NCBI GenBank assembly: GCA_002269645.1 | Contig: NIVC01001205.1 | Coordinates: 272,038-336,037 of the forward strand | Reading direction: 5' to 3' | DNA: 64,000 nt | DNA from: Macrostomum lignano | Lineage: Eukaryota | Shown here: piece after piece, positions 60,961 through 64,000 of the stretch | Position numbering within the stretch: the first letter of the stretch is position 1 | Layout: every line of letters starts with the position of its first letter | Position numbers and translations under genes: made by a program | The notes under the pieces: generated by a model | Seen by the model: only the letters and a program-made list of their open reading frames with translations | Database searches by the model: none | What the model was told of the DNA's origin: nothing

Positions 60961-63135
60961 GCTAGGTCCGCCGCAGAACATTCCGCAGGGCATGAAATAT
61001 GCTCGGAATCATGCCGTAGGTTGCATGTTTTATAAACTTATAAAATTTGTTTTTGGAGTCTGTAGAATCGCATAGATATATAGCTTAAAAACTACTAAAA
61101 TTAGTTATTTAATGATATGGGAAAAATTAAAAATACTGGAAGAAAGTTGAGACTTTAGGCTTCAAAACAGTGTTGAACCCCGGCGAATCTGGGGCAAGAA
61201 TCGTCTGATTCTGGGGATATTCTGGGAAGAGGTTTTGGGAAGAGATTCTAGGATGAGATTCTGGGTGACTCTTGGTGAGATTCTGGGCAGAATCGTGAGA
61301 TTCTGGCAGAATCGTGAGATTATGGGGATAAGAATCGTGACTCGGGTAGTTTTAAATAAATGCTCCATTCTTTTATCTGCTTTACACCGTTGTAGGTTCT
61401 GTACTACATCGCCGGACTTCAATATAGCCATGGACTTTTTGTCGTTTAAAGGCGTTTAAAGCGGCTGTGCAGGCAGCTCTGACGCCGGTCCTTTTTGGGC
61501 GGCCGCGCTGGCAGCTCGCGATCGACGCGCCACCGCCGTCATCGACGCAGTCATTGGCGGCGACGTTGCTGGCGGCGGCGGCGGCGGCGGCGGCGCGAAT
61601 GAAGACGACGGCGGCAATGGCGACAGCAGCAGCAGCAGCAGCAGTGACAGCAGCAGCAGCAGCAGCAGTGACAGCAGCAGCGACAGCGCCACGCCGCTAC
61701 CCCCCGCTGCCACGCCGCTAGGGTCGCCAGCCGCCACGCCAGCAGCAGCCGCACCAGCAGCAGCCGCACCAGCAGCAGCGCCACCGCGGTCCGCGGTCAG
61801 CGCCCCGTGGGCACTGGTGCCGCCGCGCGGACACTGGCGCCGCCAGCAGCAGCCGCAGCCGCAGCACTGTTCGCCAACTGCGCCCGCGGCAGACCCGGGT
61901 TACATACGGGCTGCGCCGGAAATGAGGACGAGAAGCATATAGAGAATTCCCTATATATAATTCCCTATATAAGCATATAGAGAAGCATGAGAAGAGAAGC
62001 ATACCGCAATGTTTCATGCACGACTTAGACTTGATTTTAATAGAGATATATGAGAAATTAGCTTAGCCGCTGTCCACCGTGCCTGCAGGTGGCAGGTTTC
62101 AGGTGGCAGTGCTCGAGATAAGTGCACCTCGGTCACGAGAGGAGCCCCTCCGAGACTCCAGGGACAAATCCTGGAGTGCTTTTTTGAGTAGTGCAGAATT
62201 AATACAAAAATTAAGCCACTGATCAATCAAGTCCAGTCGTGCATGAAACATTGCGGTATTCTTCTATTCCAAGATCATCTTACCTCAGCTCAGTTCCTGG
62301 CCTACCAGTCTCCCAGATCCTCTGTTTCTGGGGCCACCAGCCTCCCAGATCCTCAGATCCTGATTGACTCTCACGGGCTATAGAAGAATAAGAGAAGCAT
62401 ACCCAATGTTTCATGCACGACTTAGACTTGATTTTTATAGAGATATATGAGAAATTAGCATAGCCATTTCCTTTGATTTTGCTTAGGACATACGCAAGGA
62501 CAAGTGAAGACTTGCTGGTGCTCTGCACAGTGCACTTTTTCCCGCATGGACAAAGCCGCTAACGCAAATGTTTTTAACTGCGTCTACCTCGACACCAAGC
62601 ATGCTATTTGCTGTATAGCCTCAGCGGATTCCGAGGCCAAGATTGAAGAGGTGACTTATGTGTCTGCCTATTGGCAGCTTGTGATGGCAGCGGCAAAATT
62701 TCTGCAACTTGCTGACCTCGACCTTAAGTGTCTACTAAAAGTACGTTGCTTTGTACATTAAGACCATCTAGCACGTGATGCTATCCAGTGAAGGTTGAGG
62801 TGGCTGGCTGAACCCTGTCATTGAAGGGCCAATCGAAAGAGTTGCCCTGGCTCCACTGCACAGTCCCGCCGACATGGCTTTTCGGCTAACCTGCACAACT
62901 ACCAATGGTCAGGTTGAGTGTACTGTTGATAAAGCTTTTATCTACCACGCATTATATTTAACTCTGTGCATTTATCAGCGGGCTGGTCAGCAAACCTGCA
63001 CTCTGTTGGACTTTGCGCTCAACCATGATGGGACTGGTAATCCACTTTACCTTAAATGCATTAAGCGGCTATCCTTCAGTTTTGTTCCTTTAATTATTTT
63101 TGGAGTCTTATATTATTTTTTACCCCTTTTTCAGC

Positions 63136-63505
63136 ATGGCAGGTCGCCCATCTGCTCCGACGACGATTGTCCCACTGGCTGAGGTCAGGCTAACGACTGA
63201 CCTATGCAATCTTCCGTTCATGAAGATGCGTGACCTCACTATCCTGACTGCTGACACACAATCTGTGATGCGCTGGCTGGCGAAGTACCGGCTGCTGCCC
63301 AACAAGCGCCAGAGCCACAATGACAACTGCCCTACGACACCCCAAATACGGCTTCAACGTCGTCAAGGTGATCGTTACATTGATGGCTGGGCCTAAGCCT
63401 GCAAGGACTGCCGCACTCAGGAGTCTATCAGGAAGGGCTCGTTCTTTGAGCGTAGCCACCTGCAGCTAACCTTACTGATGGACTTCCTGTACTGGGTGAG
63501 CCACT
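63136..63505 (+). mobile_element. Merlin/ISXO2-like DDE transposase N-terminal fragment
   Basis: SVMRWLAKYRLLP...DRYIDGWA*ACKDCRTQESIRKGSFFERSHLQLTLLMDFLYW matches the Merlin N-terminus (WL...LL...DG..W.C..C...SIR.GS.FE.S.L.L). One in-frame stop; the DDE core is absent. Confidence 0.8.
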
Positions 63506-64000
63506 ACTAGCCTGCCTGAACACTCTTCGCGGCTAGTGTACAGTAATTGTACCTGAACGATAAAACGGCCCTTTTCAGGGCCGCCAAATAATTTGATAGT
63601 TTTATTTCGTGTCGCGACAATTGTTGTTGGAGCAGATGGGCGACCCGCCATGCTGAAATTGGGTAAAAATTAATATAAGACTCTGAAAATAATTGAACGA
63701 ACAAAACTAAAGGATAGTCTATTAAGCTATACTATACTGGGCTATTAGTATCTGGTATACATTATCTAGTAGCACTAGGCCTAGCACATAGTTTTTATTG
63801 GCACACATTAAGAAAGTTGGCATATATTTAAAATTTATTGGTGTACAATTGAAAATTCAATGAAAATGTATCCGGCATACACAGAAAACCTGCCATATGG
63901 GTCATGCCCTACTTGCAGGACATAGAAAACAGTTACAAAGGGCAGCTTATTTGAGGGCAGCCATCTCACTGTCACCCAGTTGCTAGATTTATGTTTTAAG

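Noticed and set aside
62504-63100. Coding-like segment upstream of the Merlin fragment
   Set aside because: It has several stops and no motif I can assign with confidence.

Overview
Eukaryotic, repeat-saturated genomic DNA. The minisatellite-filled introns and TE mix suggest a flatworm such as Macrostomum lignano (inference only). Positions 385-13000 hold the 3' 15 exons of a spliced coiled-coil gene resembling CCDC175; all GT-AG phases join into about 776 codons, and 12 of 14 introns carry their own tandem repeat. From 13.4 kb to the end the window is nested transposon debris. It contains a Ty3/gypsy family primed by tRNA-Gln (three partial copies), a young Mag-like gypsy with 144/145-bp LTRs and a GGATT target duplication inserted into one of them, and a decayed minus-strand gypsy. 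It also contains a spliced Helitron N-terminus, a Polinton/Maverick protein-primed polB remnant, a Merlin transposase fragment, an OTU fragment, a KDM3-type JmjC fragment and several MITEs. The most striking observation is an in-frame cold-shock domain (CSD) between the Gag CCHC knuckle and the protease of the tRNA-Gln-primed retrotransposon, which gives a Lin28-like domain pair inside a Gag-Pol. Other notable signals are a B-box plus duplicated exon/intron units in the Helitron, a GT-AG intron in the Polinton polB, an array of in-frame splice donors made by a 51-bp exon-end duplication, and an LTR that begins TA rather than TG. All protein family calls come from motif recognition by eye; no database search was run.
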